Assembly (NCBI GenBank): GCA_000708835.1
Contig: DF237117.1
Span: 99,870 to 163,869, forward strand
Reading direction: 5' to 3'
DNA from: Klebsormidium nitens
Lineage: Eukaryota; Plantae; Klebsormidiophyceae
Length of the DNA stretch: 64,000 bases
Part shown: positions 13,501 to 25,400 of the stretch, one piece after another
Numbering within the stretch: the first letter of the stretch is position 1
How the letters are laid out: each line of letters starts with the position of its first letter
Made by a program: the position numbers and the translations under genes
Notes under the pieces: generated by a model
Told to the model about the DNA's origin: nothing
Databases searched by the model: none
Seen by the model: the letters and a program-made list of their open reading frames with translations, nothing else

Positions 13501-13535
13501 GCAGACTGACCAATGACGGCGACCTTGAGGCCCAT
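1586..13535 (-). CDS. ALDH1L: 10-formyltetrahydrofolate dehydrogenase (ALDH1L1/ALDH1L2-like): formyl-THF hydrolase + ACP + ALDH; 13 exons, about 904 aa
   Basis: Exons 13535-13338, 12107-12009, 11250-11040, 10140-10016, 9592-9485, 8543-8235, 7733-7365, 6978-6852, 5927-5662, 4866-4663, 3503-3222, 2721-2551 and 1831-1586. All are GT-AG with consistent phases and sum to 2715 nt. Motifs: [37 protein letters not shown] serine [41 protein letters not shown]. Confidence 0.93.
2270..2550 (-). repeat. Tandem duplication (about 147 bp) of the ALDH1L exon-12 donor and intron start
   Basis: GTTGCCGGTGTCCGTAA.CC.AAGA.CCACCGTCCC...AAGCCTCACCT occurs at about 2349-2409 and 2487-2551; the second copy contains the real GTGAGG donor. 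Confidence 0.8.
3586..4130 (-). repeat. Echo copies of ALDH1L exon-11 acceptor + 5' end (VSLELGGKS...AVFF)
   Basis: Real exon starts at 3503. Copies with their own CAG/TAG acceptor start at 3684, 3864 and 4017; a more decayed trace lies near 4085-4130. Confidence 0.9.
4870..5145 (-). repeat. Echo of ALDH1L exon-10 acceptor + 5' end (VTPLT...VVNVV), including intron tail
   Basis: Copy acceptor gives a start at 5024 versus the real 4866 (158 bp period). The intronic GCTGACGTCAGCGGTGC..ATGCTG is duplicated too. Confidence 0.9.
5995..6490 (-). repeat. Ladder of echoes of ALDH1L exon-9 acceptor + 5' end ([15 protein letters not shown])
   Basis: Real start 5927; copies start at 6074, 6221, 6369 and 6486 (periods 147, 147, 148, 117), each behind a CAG; similarity falls with distance. 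Confidence 0.92.
9345..9415 (-). repeat. Echo of ALDH1L exon-5 3' end downstream of its donor
   Basis: AACAGAGTGCCCGGGACGTGGGCCGTGGTTAACGGCCAG (sense) repeats the real GACAGAGTGCCCGGGGCGTGGGCCGTAGTCAACGGCCAG; it is followed by GC instead of GT. Confidence 0.85.
10195..10500 (-). repeat. Three decayed echoes of ALDH1L exon-4 acceptor + 5' end
   Basis: Real start 10140; copies start at about 10267, 10375 and 10493 behind CAG/TAG and share GCGGTCGAC/GTCGACCTGATAGCAG-type segments. Confidence 0.75.
11340..11378 (-). repeat. Short echo of ALDH1L exon-3 acceptor + 5' end
   Basis: CTGCAG-TTGCTTGACAGCAACATGTATGGCGGCATT versus the real TTGCAG-CTCCTTGACAGCAACAAGTATGGCGGCATC (real start 11250). Confidence 0.8.
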
Positions 13536-15041
13536 CTCGACTACCTTGCCAACACGCGGAGCAAACATGAAAAACAATGCGCCCTTCGCGAGTGGCTGGT
13601 TGCTTCCTCCACGCTCACTTTGCAGATTGCAAGCTTGAGCTCCAGCTCTGGAGAAAAAGTGCTCCAGCCAGGGGGAAAAAGTGGATTCCTCATGATTGGC
13701 TGTGGGCAAAAATCTTGAGATACGTCTGCATTCATTGCACGCAGACCACGTGGGCTTGTCCACGTGGGCCAGGATGTAACCGATTTATGCACGTGTCGTG
13801 CTACAGTAGATTCACGATTATAAATTGAACACAACATGAACTTCAACTAAGCATTGAATGATGAAGTAAGCAAGCACGAGTCTTAGCGTTGCAGATTCGC
13901 ATTGCACTTCTCGGCCTCTCTGTGAACCCTGGGCCTCACAGTGTGCTCAGGCAATCACATAAAGGGAATTGTCGGGGAATTTTCATAGGTATTAAGTAAT
14001 CTCGTGACCATCTCCGACCCGTTGCACCATTGGAAACAAACACTAGAGACCTTGTACTTTGCTACTAGCACGCAAGTTGCAAAAGGTAGAAGGAACTTAA
14101 GCTACGGCATGCGGGTGGCACAGTAAAACCGCCTAGTGTCTTCTGTTTGCGGGTTGTTTCACCCACGTTCTCATCTTTTGAATGTGTTTAGACAGACAGT
14201 ACGTCCCCCTCTCCATACGCCTTTCTTTCTATGGCGACGTCTATGTACACTTTCACACTCAAAAGCTCTGTATGTCAAGCTGACGATAGTCCAATCAAAT
14301 ACATTTGTTCCAACCTGCTGATGGCCCGCTTGGCACTCACCCCGGTGTCGTTAGATCAATTCGCTTTGCCTTACAGGCATGAGACGTCAATCCCACTGGG
14401 ATTTGTGTCTAGCACCTCTATCCAATTAAGCCTTCCTTCACCAAATGTCACAATGTCTGCCCCGCCTGCAGGATTGGCCTCTCCCTTTATACTCGGGTAC
14501 AATTTTAAGGTGCCCTCGGCAACTTCAGAGATGTTTTTCTGTTCTGCATAATAAGGCTCGTCAATCCCCTTACATATGTTTCCCGTCTAAGAGCTTTTTG
14601 TCCAATGTCAAAGAGGACCCTTTCAACTCAGTCTTGAAGCGGTGACAGTCGGGCGAGTGAGCTCCTCCTCGGGAAGGACGCAAGGGTGTCCTACCATAAA
14701 CAAGCCTTTCCTGCTGTTCCGACCTGCAGTATGCCTCGGCTCGCACAACACTTGACTAAACCCTTTCCGTCCGCTTCAAGCAGGCTTGCTTGCTCATGAC
14801 ATCCCGTCGGACGCATTCCCTTGCTGTTCTAATCTCCCTCATTACAATGTGTTGCTTGCTTGTGAGGCAGAGTGTCTCCGCACTTGCTCGAGTCCGCATA
14901 TCGTGCTCAATCGGATTCGTCTGCTCAAAGCAGCGAGAGCTTTCGTGCCGTTCCGCCTCCCTGCTGCTTGATGACCGGTCGCTCCTTGGTTCCATCCTTT
15001 TGCAAGTGTTGTGAAGGAGTTTATTTGTGTTCGCTGACTGG

Positions 15042-18000
15042 TCAGAAGCCGCTCCTTTCATTCCGCTGGTCTGCTGGACCGGCCTCCTCCGAATATCCAA
15101 AGGTAGCCATGTCCTGCGAAGCAGCCGAACAATGAGTGTAAGAGCAAAGCTTTGCTTGTGCTCTCGAGGGCAAACGGCCAGAATGAAAGCCCACGCTTCG
15201 TTGATGGGCCTGGGCTTGAAGCTCCGAGGATCATTAAAAGCAGCTGTTCTTGAACGGCGAACCTTTGGAAATCAAAGAGTGCTAGTGACGCTTACGACGA
15301 CGGCTCTGTTCCTGTCAAAATATTGCTTTCCAAGCAACCGGTGCCAAAGACCAGGACAGCTTCGACAGAAAGCTCAAGATTTTAGCAATGGTCTTAGTAC
15401 AGATTGCAGCCTCGGTCGTTTGTAAGGCTTTTTGACCTCATACGAGGACTCGAAGTGCTTCGCCTTTGAGAATGCATGTGGGGCAGTCTGATGAGAAAGG
15501 ATCTTCGAGCGCGGGAAATGCAGTAAAACCTGCAACGGAAACGGAAGAAGATGCGGAAAGCGGAAAGCGGAAAACGGAAAACGGAAAGCGGAAAGCGGAA
15601 AGCGGAAAGCGCGAAGCCGACAGCCTACCTTTGTGATGATGTTAAGCTGCACGAGTGCTGTGCCGGTCGATCGTACTCGCGTTACTGCGTACAGCGGAAA
15701 AAGAAGCGGAGTCAACAAGCGCCTTCCGCTATGTCGTCTAATGGATGGAACTTGTTTCCAGTTTGAATGGCAAAGCTGCTGCTTGGGAAGGGCATGCAGC
15801 TTAGGAGTTCTAAGAAGGCAGTACCCCGGATCCGGATTCCAGAAAGCACAAAACCGCTTTGCTCCACTGAACGCGGCTTCGCCTCGGAAAGTCACGCTAC
15901 TTGATCAGGATAGATGACCGTTTGCGAAGCCAAAGTTCGCAACCACTTGAAAACAATAGGTAGCCGTTTCTATGAAAGATTGAATGCTCTCACATCCTCA
16001 CCGTTGTTTCTAGCATTTACCTCGTTTCTTTCCGAAGGCGCTTAGAGTAGAGGAGACGATGGACGAGTACTTTGCAATCTTTTGTCAAAAGAGGAAGCTT
16101 TCACGCGATTTCCGTTCGTCCCAACCCCAGCTTTTGAGTCGCTACATACCTTCTCGCCCTTCCCCGGAAGCCGGAAACTTGGGGTCCGAAAACTCGGCGG
16201 GCATGCCCGCGATCCAGGACGTGAACTGCTGCATGAGAGAGGAGGAGAGCGGCCGGAAGAGCCGGACCTTTCGGACGTACCTGCAACAGATCAACGGACA
16301 ATTTGCTTCGTACGGACCAGCAAGAATAGCACAGCTTCATGTGAAGCGATGAAGTAGCCGGGGCAGGTTGACTTTTTCGAGGCCACTGAGAAGGCAGGAC
16401 AGGTCGTTCGAGACCCCTGAAGCAAGTGCACCGTATGCGTTTGTCGAACCCAACGCGACTAGTGCCTACAGAAAAAATTGAAGATCGTAACACAGATGGT
16501 CAGGATGAGCAGTAAAGAGACCGACGAGGCAGGAGGCGATGCCAAGGTCGTGCGATCCCCCGATCCCACCAGGGAGGAGACAAAAGAAAGGATTGCGAGG
16601 TTACCGGAAATAGGAAGATCTGTAAGCGGTAGAATCAGATGACTGTACTTACCTCCCGGCAGCTGTCGGAAGATGGACACACCCGTACCCTTTGATGACG
16701 TCACGGCCGAGGGCATCGACCTCGAAGATGCTGAGAATAAGCTGCGAGGAAGCGGGAACAAGAATTAGTCTCTGAAGCAGGCTTGTCTGCCCCCGAAACA
16801 ATTTCCAAGACAGTAAAAAGCAACTTCTCAGAGCAAGCACTTGCCGATTACGAGGTTCTTAAGGAAAATGCAGTATCATAGCCAGACACATTAAGGTCAT
16901 GGCCTAACATAGACTGTGATAGCCTCACATGTGCCTTCTTTGTCTTTGCAATCTCCTAGCAAGAAGCTTATATCTAGCTATCAACAACTACTCTTGCGAA
17001 GGATTCCAACCTGTGCAGCTTCGAAGCGTCACTAGTTGCTGGTTCCGGAACACTTTACCCTTTGTTTTCTCCTCATCTCTGGTTCCTGAACTTGTGTGTG
17101 TCCTACCACTCGGCTGAAGGCTCCGACGCTACCAAACGCACCAATCAACGACAATCTCGGGCATCCACTAGCAGATTGGCTATCTTATATTCTGCATATT
17201 GGCTCTTTGTTGGTGGAAGGATGCTCACCTGAGGCCAGCCAAAAGCATTGGTGCTCTTGTAAGTAACGTCAATGGGGAAATTCCACACAAGCTGCGCGTT
17301 TGGGCCAGACGACTTTCTCGTGATCTGAGTGATACCATCCTCCACGCCCTGTTAGTACAATCAATTTAATAATTCAGTGTGGTTTTAATTGCTTGTCACA
17401 TTCAAAACATCTACATTGTATTGTGAATTTCAAATCTCAGATGTCCCAGGTTGCTGGGGATGGTCCCTTGCCTGCCCCCAGCACAAAGCTTGCCTCAGCT
17501 TCTTTCATTGGCATTCCCTTCTGCTGGAGGAATTGCTTGCAAGTTTGCTGCTAATCTTTTGGACAATTCGTGATCAGCAATGAATTGCTTTTTCAGATAG
17601 TGGGCCTTGGAACATTTCAAGCAGTGAAAGCCGTTCGAGACCGACAAGAATCAGCAGATTTACGCAAAGAAAGGTCGGGTCTGCATTTGCGAGAGGCGTG
17701 ATGGCTTTTCTGGCGCGCTTAGAAGGTCTTTGTAAAATGTGTTGGCACCTTCCCTTCTTTGAGAAATCAGAAAATGTAAGTTCTAGAACTTACATCAAGC
17801 ACGTGCCAATCATCACCGTGCACGAGCATGAACTTGCAGTAGGCGTTGTTGCAATCAGGGATCTGCAAGGAATGCATGAAGTCAGCATTGACCTCGTACA
17901 CAAGCTGGTGGGATTGAAGCTGTCAAGTTGTAAACACCGTTTTGTCTGGCTACGGGAAGTTTGATCTTATTAAACATTGCCACCGTCCATTAGTGGATGC

Positions 18001-18487
18001 CTGTATGAAAAGAGCCATCTTGAAGTAAAGCACCACCTTTTTACCACCATTTTCTTTGTCAATGGTGCGCTCACGTTTCCCCTTTGTTTATGTTGTTCTT
18101 AGCCTCCTGCAAATGGCCACTGAATGGGCAGTGACATTCTCCAGATTGTCCGCATGAGCATGTGCACAAAATGGGTGCTTTGCAGCAGCTCGCAGACTAT
18201 GTTGGCACTCTGCTTATCGCAACTTTATCCTGCAAAGCGGGCAACACGTCTATCCAACCAATTGCACTTAGCAGCTTGGAAGGTAAGCAAAGCTTCTTGC
18301 CCCAGGTAAAAGTTGCGAAAGCATATCAGAACAATTCAGGGCACACCGCATGATCATTGAAATCGAGAACCAAAGCTACCACCAGCTGCCACCAGCTTAA
18401 TGTATTTGGAGAGTTATGACTCACGTCCGCGCACTCTAGTTGCCCGGTAGCCATCACCATGAAGAACGTCGCCGAGTCCGCTGCCAT
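15042..18487 (-). CDS. B9D1: B9 domain-containing protein 1 (ciliary transition zone, MKS module); 7 exons, 199 aa
   Basis: Exons 18487-18425, 17862-17794, 17348-17229, 16741-16653, 16280-16150, 15684-15629 and 15113-15042 (600 nt, in phase). Peptide includes [89 protein letters not shown]. Confidence 0.92.
15553..15610 (+). repeat. (GCGGAAA)n heptamer tandem repeat, about 8 units, in a B9D1 intron
   Basis: Directly visible, with ACGGAAA variants, immediately inside the intron after the exon-6 donor. Confidence 0.9.
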
Positions 18488-19467
18488 TGCTCCAGCTTTC
18501 CTGCTTGCGGAGCTACCGGAAAGCTCAACTTTATGCTTCCTTCTCAGCTTTCGTCAAATACTCCGCAGCTCGCTACCCAGCTAAGCATCCTAAGGAATAC
18601 CCCCTCTCACGCTTTCACACTCCCCTCCCCTCAGGCTACTGCCTCGCTTCCTGAGCACACGATTTTATCAATTGTTTCAGACAGTGGAAAGGCCCCAAAT
18701 GGCAAGAGGAGCGATTGATTGAGCGGGGCCTGCGCAGGAAGAGAAGCGCTGAGCATGAAATCCAGGGACAGAGGCAGAGAAATTGCATGTGCGGGCTTGC
18801 ATGAAAGTCAGCTCGGACTAGAAAACTCACCATTGTGTACTCCTGGGACCAGTGTTTACAAGACAGTTACATGGAGCAGAACACGAGCCGTCGATGGGCT
18901 GTCCTCGTTGGGGTGGCGTATTAGCGCCAGCTCCATCGGACGGTTGGAAAGCTCTCCAAAAAAAGGCACAATTGTACACAGCCTAGAGGCATAATTTAGG
19001 TGTTGCCTCTACAGTCCACAGAGTATGTAATCCGCATTGCCCGTCTTTTCAGAGCTCTTCCGACTCCGGCCAGAGATGACATTGAAAGCTCGGAGCTGCA
19101 TTGATGTTCTCATTTCCGTAGACTGGATACCTAGTGGACGGCTTTGGCTGCAAATCCCATCTCTACCTGTTGCGGGCCTGTTGCTTGATTTGTGGATCTC
19201 AAATTTGGGGCAGCCTGGAAGTGATCCAGAAGTGGGGCTTTTCAATTATGGTCTTTCCGCTGACAAGCAGGGGCTTTCTTTCTGTTGCAAAGATGGAGGA
19301 CAAAAAGTCGATTTGGAGCTAGGTATTTGCCCTTGGTGGCCGGGGCATCTGGACCTTTGCTAGAGGGGGCTGAAGCGCCAAGCACAATTGCAACAGCTCA
19401 TGGTGGTAAATATTGCGCAGTTAGACGCTGGACTGTAGACTCCTGAGCTCGAACAGGGAGGGCCACG
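18488..19467. promoter_or_regulatory. Putative shared (bidirectional) promoter region of B9D1 and CFAP43
   Basis: The two start codons diverge 980 bp apart; inferred from geometry only. Confidence 0.45.
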
Positions 19468-22400
19468 ATGGCAGGAGTGATGGTGGAGTGAGTCGCTAAA
19501 CCCTAATCTTCAAACTTTACTCATAGTTACTCAGAGCTAGGCCTCACATCAGCTGCTCGTCATTTCTTCACCCTTGCTGAGAGCTAGGGCTCATATTCTC
19601 ATCCGTGTCCTCTGCTAAGTGGTAATTAGACATGTCAAGAAGCTCAAATCACTGGGAAATTAACTGCCACTTCACAAAAGGGGCCTGTGCTTCTTCTGGT
19701 TGCTCTGCCTCAACAGGCTAAGCACCGCAGAGGTCCTTGCAATGAAAACGTTTCAGAAGCATATTGCTGCAGCTTGTCCTCCTTCGCAAGCGCGCTGTTG
19801 GCTGGTGCCATTGAAGCGAGACTAAAATGTATATGGACATTGTAACAATACGAGATTATTGGCTTGGCAGAGCAGTGTCAGAGAAGCGTCAGAGCAGCCC
19901 TACGACGTTACCATCTTACGTTGGTCCTATCAAATGCATACCACCACTGAATATCCCTAATAAGTATTGCTTGCCCATGCAAGAACCACCCAGAAGGTGT
20001 TCCATGATTACAAAGATGGCTATCAACAAATGGGGCCTATCAATTCTTAGGAGCACTCCTTACGTTGGTGTCAACTATATCCTTTTAGCCTTAAAAAATC
20101 AGGGCAACCTTCAGCCTGCCCCTTCCAATGTGGTAGTACTAATTTCTCCTGCATGAGAAGAACGAGTATCTCTACTCCAAAGCATATTCTTGCTTCATCA
20201 GCCTGTGTAACAGGATTCCAAGTAATCTTTAGTGTTGGTATGAATATCCTCTGAATGCAGGTATGCCCTGGGCCAGAGCAGCCCGGAGGTTCAGTTCCTC
20301 GACTCCACCACTGTGGTCACTATCTGTGGGAATGCCCTCAGATTTCAGCAGCTGTCTGGTGGGACTCAGGTAGGCCTCTGCATACCTTTCCGGGGGCCCT
20401 GCCATATAACCAAATTCATGTAGACTCAGGCGGTGGCAACACATCTGCAGTGTTCGCCGCTCGTACAATGAGTCGGGGGTGATCACTGACAAATCGCGTT
20501 GGGGATTTTGTGCATACTATTTTCTTGCTTCCCACGTTGACATAACACATCCTTGGTCCCAAATCCTGCTTTCCTGTCACCGTTTCAAATAGTAGCCTGG
20601 AAAGCCTCCACTGGTGCGACTGTAGAGTTTCTGCTCTATGCCCATAGCAAACCTGAGATCGACTCCATAAGTGTTAGCCAAACCTGACTCCTGTGAATGC
20701 AGGACACCCGCTTTCTGTGGGGGGCTGGCCGTGGCATCTCCGCTTTCACGGTCAACACTCGGAAAGGCCTCGTGGCGTACGCAGAAAAGGGCCTGAACCC
20801 GTGTATCTTCGTGCACGACAGCCAGAGCTTGGACTTGCTCACCAAGCTCTCAGGCAAGAACCGTGTTACTACGCCGCCTTTCCTGTAGGATCTGACTTAC
20901 TTCAGACTCTACCGGTCTGATCGTAGTTCTCCAGTTCTTAAAAAGGGTTCTGCGCAGTCCCGGTGTAAAGCTGGTCTTTCAAGCACTGTTTCGGTCCCCT
21001 GATTGATGCTACGAGTCGGCTCGTCACAATCTGGAGTGGGTGCAAGCTTCCTTCAAGTTTGCAAGTGGATACTTTCGCTTGCCCCCCTCTGCAGAACACA
21101 AATGATAAGTCCCCAATCTGCTTTCCACTTGACCCCCGTTCCTTTCCCCTCATTTCTGCCCACCCCTTTTGACTTTCCAGACATCGCCGAGCTTGAGATC
21201 GTCCGGCTCGCCTTCTTTGCGGACGGGGCTCGCCTCCTGGCCGCGTCCGGCGTGCCCGACTTCGAGCTGACCGTGCATGACGTCAGCACGGCGGCGCAGC
21301 AGGCCCGGACGAAGCTCGGCGCCCCGCTCGATGACGTCAGCTTCAACCCGAGGAACGATATGCAGTTCTGCTCGCGCTCCGGAGGGGTGCTGACGCTGTG
21401 GACCTTGGAGCGGAGCTACGAGGTGAGGCGTGACGTCACTTTGCGCTGGTGACGTCACTTATTCGAGAGGCAGATAGACTGTCACCATGTGCGTCGGTCG
21501 TTCGGCAAAAGTGGAAAAGAGGCCGGTGATTCTGGTTCGGGACTGCCTCAACACAAAGAGGCACAAGGGTTCCGGCTTTCTGCCGAACGTCGACGATTCC
21601 ACTGTCTGCTAGCGACCTTCCCATTCAAACGAGTTCCGTCTAATCTCTGGGGGCTCCGCATCAGCTGCGGGACATCCTTTTCATTTCCCGAGATGCATAC
21701 ACGCCTTTGACGAAGATTGGCCTCTTTAGTAGGGACCCATCAAGGTCGGTCACATCTGAATAAGATTCAAATTCTTATGCTAACAAGCCATATGAATAAT
21801 AAGGTCACGTGCGGGGGACGGGTAGGTTAGTCTGGTGGTTGGGGTGGGCTCTGATAAGGGGCCGGTGTTGCTCAAGTCAGGGTCTTTTGTTTGCTTTTGC
21901 CCGCTAATTCAACCTTGTCATTCATGCGGCTTATTAACCTTAGAATCAAGAACTATCACCTCTGGTGCCGGATACATTCGAGCCCAAGAATGGCTCAATT
22001 TCAGTAAGCACCTTTTAGTGATGGTCAGGACTCTCGTGTCGGCAGCTCAACTCAATTCGTCCCCATTTCTGTTCGCAGACGCACTACCTGACGTCAAAGG
22101 CGCTCCCAACCGACCGCTTCCACGTCACCTCCCACGCGTGGGCGCAGAACGGGGCCCTGTTGGCGGGGTGTTCCACAGGGGAGCTCTTGCTGATCGACTC
22201 AGAGACGGGCCGCGTGAGAGGGCCTCAATTTCTGGAGCAACTCGACCGAAAAAACGCGGACGCACAGAACGCGATTGCTATGAAAGATCCTGCGGTTTCC
22301 GGGGCGGGGGTTGGTGACTCGCAGACCGGAATCCGGAAACTGGGCCCGAGCGCCACGGAAAAGGGGAACAAGATTCCGCTCGGGCCGGTTCTACCGGGTG

Positions 22401-25400
22401 TGAATACGCTCCCCGGGAAGCTCGGGGGAGTCGGCGCGAAGTCAATAAAACCGGGCGGAAGGACTGTGAAAACGGCCGGCGCAGCGGCCAAAGGGATCCC
22501 CGAAGTTCTGCCCGGTGATAACGAACCGGTCGTGCACAGCCCCTCGGGGGAACCGTTAACCCTGCTCGCGGTTAATGAGACGCACGTAATCTACGGCGGT
22601 TCAAGGCGGGGTTTGGAGGTGAAAGAGCTGAGAGCGTTTGCGGGTCCCTTGCAGCCGGCAAGCATGGAGCTAAGCCCGGTTAAGAGTTTCAAACGGCAGA
22701 GCGGGTTAGTGGTTCAGGTGTCCGGGAGGCAGAGCCCAGATACGGTTAAGGGCTTAACCAAGGGTTTCGAGCCTTTGGTAGACGAGGAACGCTTCATCGA
22801 CCTGGACGGTTTGGCGCCGGTTAGCCTAATTCAGAACCCGAGCCAAGCCCAACAGATGCTCGTGGTGACGTCAGACGGGACCGTGCACACGTGTGACGTC
22901 TCTTCACCTGACTCCAAGTCGCAGTCTGCTGACGTGTCCCGCTTCCAGCGCACTGATTCTCGATCCAGCAACTTGTCTCTCCAAAGCTCGAGTATCGATG
23001 AGAACGCGGTCCCCAGAAAAAAGGAGATCGCGGGTGCGACCGTGCATCCGCAGTCAAGCTTCCACTTCGGGGGGTTGAGCGGCCTAGCAGTTCTGACCCC
23101 CCTGAAGCTGCTCGTGACTGCCGGGGGGAAGGACAAGGCGCTGAGTTTCTGGGGGATGGAGAGGGGGAACTTTGTCGCGAGAAAGGGGCTCACCGCTAAG
23201 GTCACGTGCCTCCAGGCTTGCGAATCAAAGGTAAGTGCACGTTTGTGGATTAGTAATTTAACTCCTGATTGGATTATATGATTGAAGGAAGTCGAGGGTC
23301 TGGCTTGACTTCCAAAGACCCGTCGATAGATGAGCCGGCGGCTGCTTTAGAAGTATGAATGAAGCAGAAGGAAGAGCAATTCGATGCAGAAGAGATGGAA
23401 AGGACAGAGCGTAACGGCAACGCTTACACTGCCAGAGCGGCGAAAGTTGAGGCCACACCAATTCGTCAAGAAAGCTGTGTCGTCCTGCCATACACAGGGA
23501 CCCTTGAATCTTGACGGTCAGAAATCGTTCGGGTGGAACTTTTCCGTGGCTTTTTCCAAGTAGCACGCTGCTGGTCGCGAGGCGCGCAGTGAAAGGTAGA
23601 TTTGTATGTGCGAAGCATTGCACGAAGAAGCAAAGCGACATGATAAGTCCCAAACCCAGCGTTGTCTCTCTTATCCCAAAGGGAGCGTTGTTTCTCCTGT
23701 CCCTCCAGAATCTTCTCGCGTGGGGGAGCGATTGCGGCGTTGTCCGAATCCTGCACGTCGACGCAACAACCGAATTCGTCACCACCTTCCGTCAGAGGCT
23801 CCACGTGGCACCCGTCCATAGGCTGCGCTTCAGCGCGAGCGGCGCGTTCCTCGCGTCGCAGAGCGCCGACGGGCGTATCGTCTTCTCTTACTCCGGACAC
23901 GGCTGGGACTTAAACCCAATCGGTTACTTTAACCTAACCGAAGATGTTCTAGACTTCCGGTGGTCTCCAAGGGAGTCCACCGAGGGCACGCTTTTCCTCT
24001 CGCTCGTTACCGGGGAAATCGTACGGCTAGAGGTCCCCGAGACTGCTTCACCCTCTGGCGAACGTTTGTTCGGAAACGCAGACCTGAAACGCGCGAGCTT
24101 CAACGTGGACGAACCCGTGCTGAGCTTCGAGATCGTTCCGGCGAACAAAACGGCGGGAGTTAACGAGGCCCTGTTGGTTGGCATGACGGCCGACAAGAGC
24201 ATACGGCACTACACTCTCCCGGATGGAACCGGGGACTGGACGGGGCCCGGGGGAAGGCCGAGGGCCCCGGTGTTTGAGCGGTCGGCGCACGCCAAGCCCG
24301 GGGGGGCGCTAGGTTAGCGCTCGTTCTTTGCTAACCCAAAGTATCCGGTGTTAAGAATTTCGTCTCCTTCTCCTCTACCTTCTTCTCCTTCATGGACATA
24401 CCTGAGTCTCGACTGTGCGGACTTTTCCTTCTTGTCTTCTCCAATCAGCCGGGCATCCTGAAGCGTGACATGTTCTGTTCTGAATGCTACCTGATTCAAG
24501 AATCTTTTGTCAACAGCTTCCTTACAATGAGATGAACGCTGTTAGAGCTACAGGCTGTCCCGCCGAGTTTGTTTGCACGTCGTTCCGCTGACGCAATGTG
24601 ACCACCATGAGAGCCGCGGACCGCGCCTTGCAGTTTCGGACGAGTTACGAAACGTTCTGTCCCTTGACCTAGACCTTTTGTAAGACCCATCGATCCCAGC
24701 ACGTAAACACAGTTTAATGTTTTGAATCTGCACGCCTTTCCGCCGGAAAAAAAGTGACGCTCCCTGAAGCAGCGACCGGCGCCCTGCAGTTCTGCTCGAC
24801 AGTACATGTCAAATCTGTTGCTTTTATCTCGTTGATCAGTGAGCAGTTCTCTGGATCTGAGTGTAGAACTTTGATTCCGATCACAGGTCTTTCTGCCGAC
24901 GGAAAAGTGACGGTCACCGGCGCCGCGGACGGCGCCCTGCAGCTCCGCCCGACGTTGCGCGACATTCCGTCGCAGGACGCCGGCGAGCTGCAGCTGCACG
25001 ACGCCTATTCCGGCGGAATCCGCCACGTTGCAGTCTCGTCCGGAAGAGTGTTCACCGCTGGCGCGGACGGAGTGGTGAGTATCCCTATGGCGGAATAGCC
25101 TGGGAAACGCAAGGACTCCGCAAATGAGTTGACATTCGGTCCAACGACTGTTGAGTTTGGGGGCTGGCATAAGTTTGTTTCATTCCTCATCTCTTTCTTC
25201 CTTTACGTGCATGGTGCATATCCTTCGAACGTGGTTCATTGCTTTACCATTTTCTTGAAGCTGGATCAGGAAGCTTATTCCGAAAGCCAATAAAAGCTGT
25301 CCAAGTAGTGCATTGCACGCTGAATGTTTCTGCTGGCATCTCGTTTCCATTTCTTGCTGCGTCTTTCGCCATTTGCTCGCTACTTACTTCGGTTGATCTG

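Noticed and set aside
13569-13763. Long N-terminal extension of ALDH1L (MDKPTW...)
   Set aside because: No homology or targeting-like composition; homology starts at [10 protein letters not shown] (13535).
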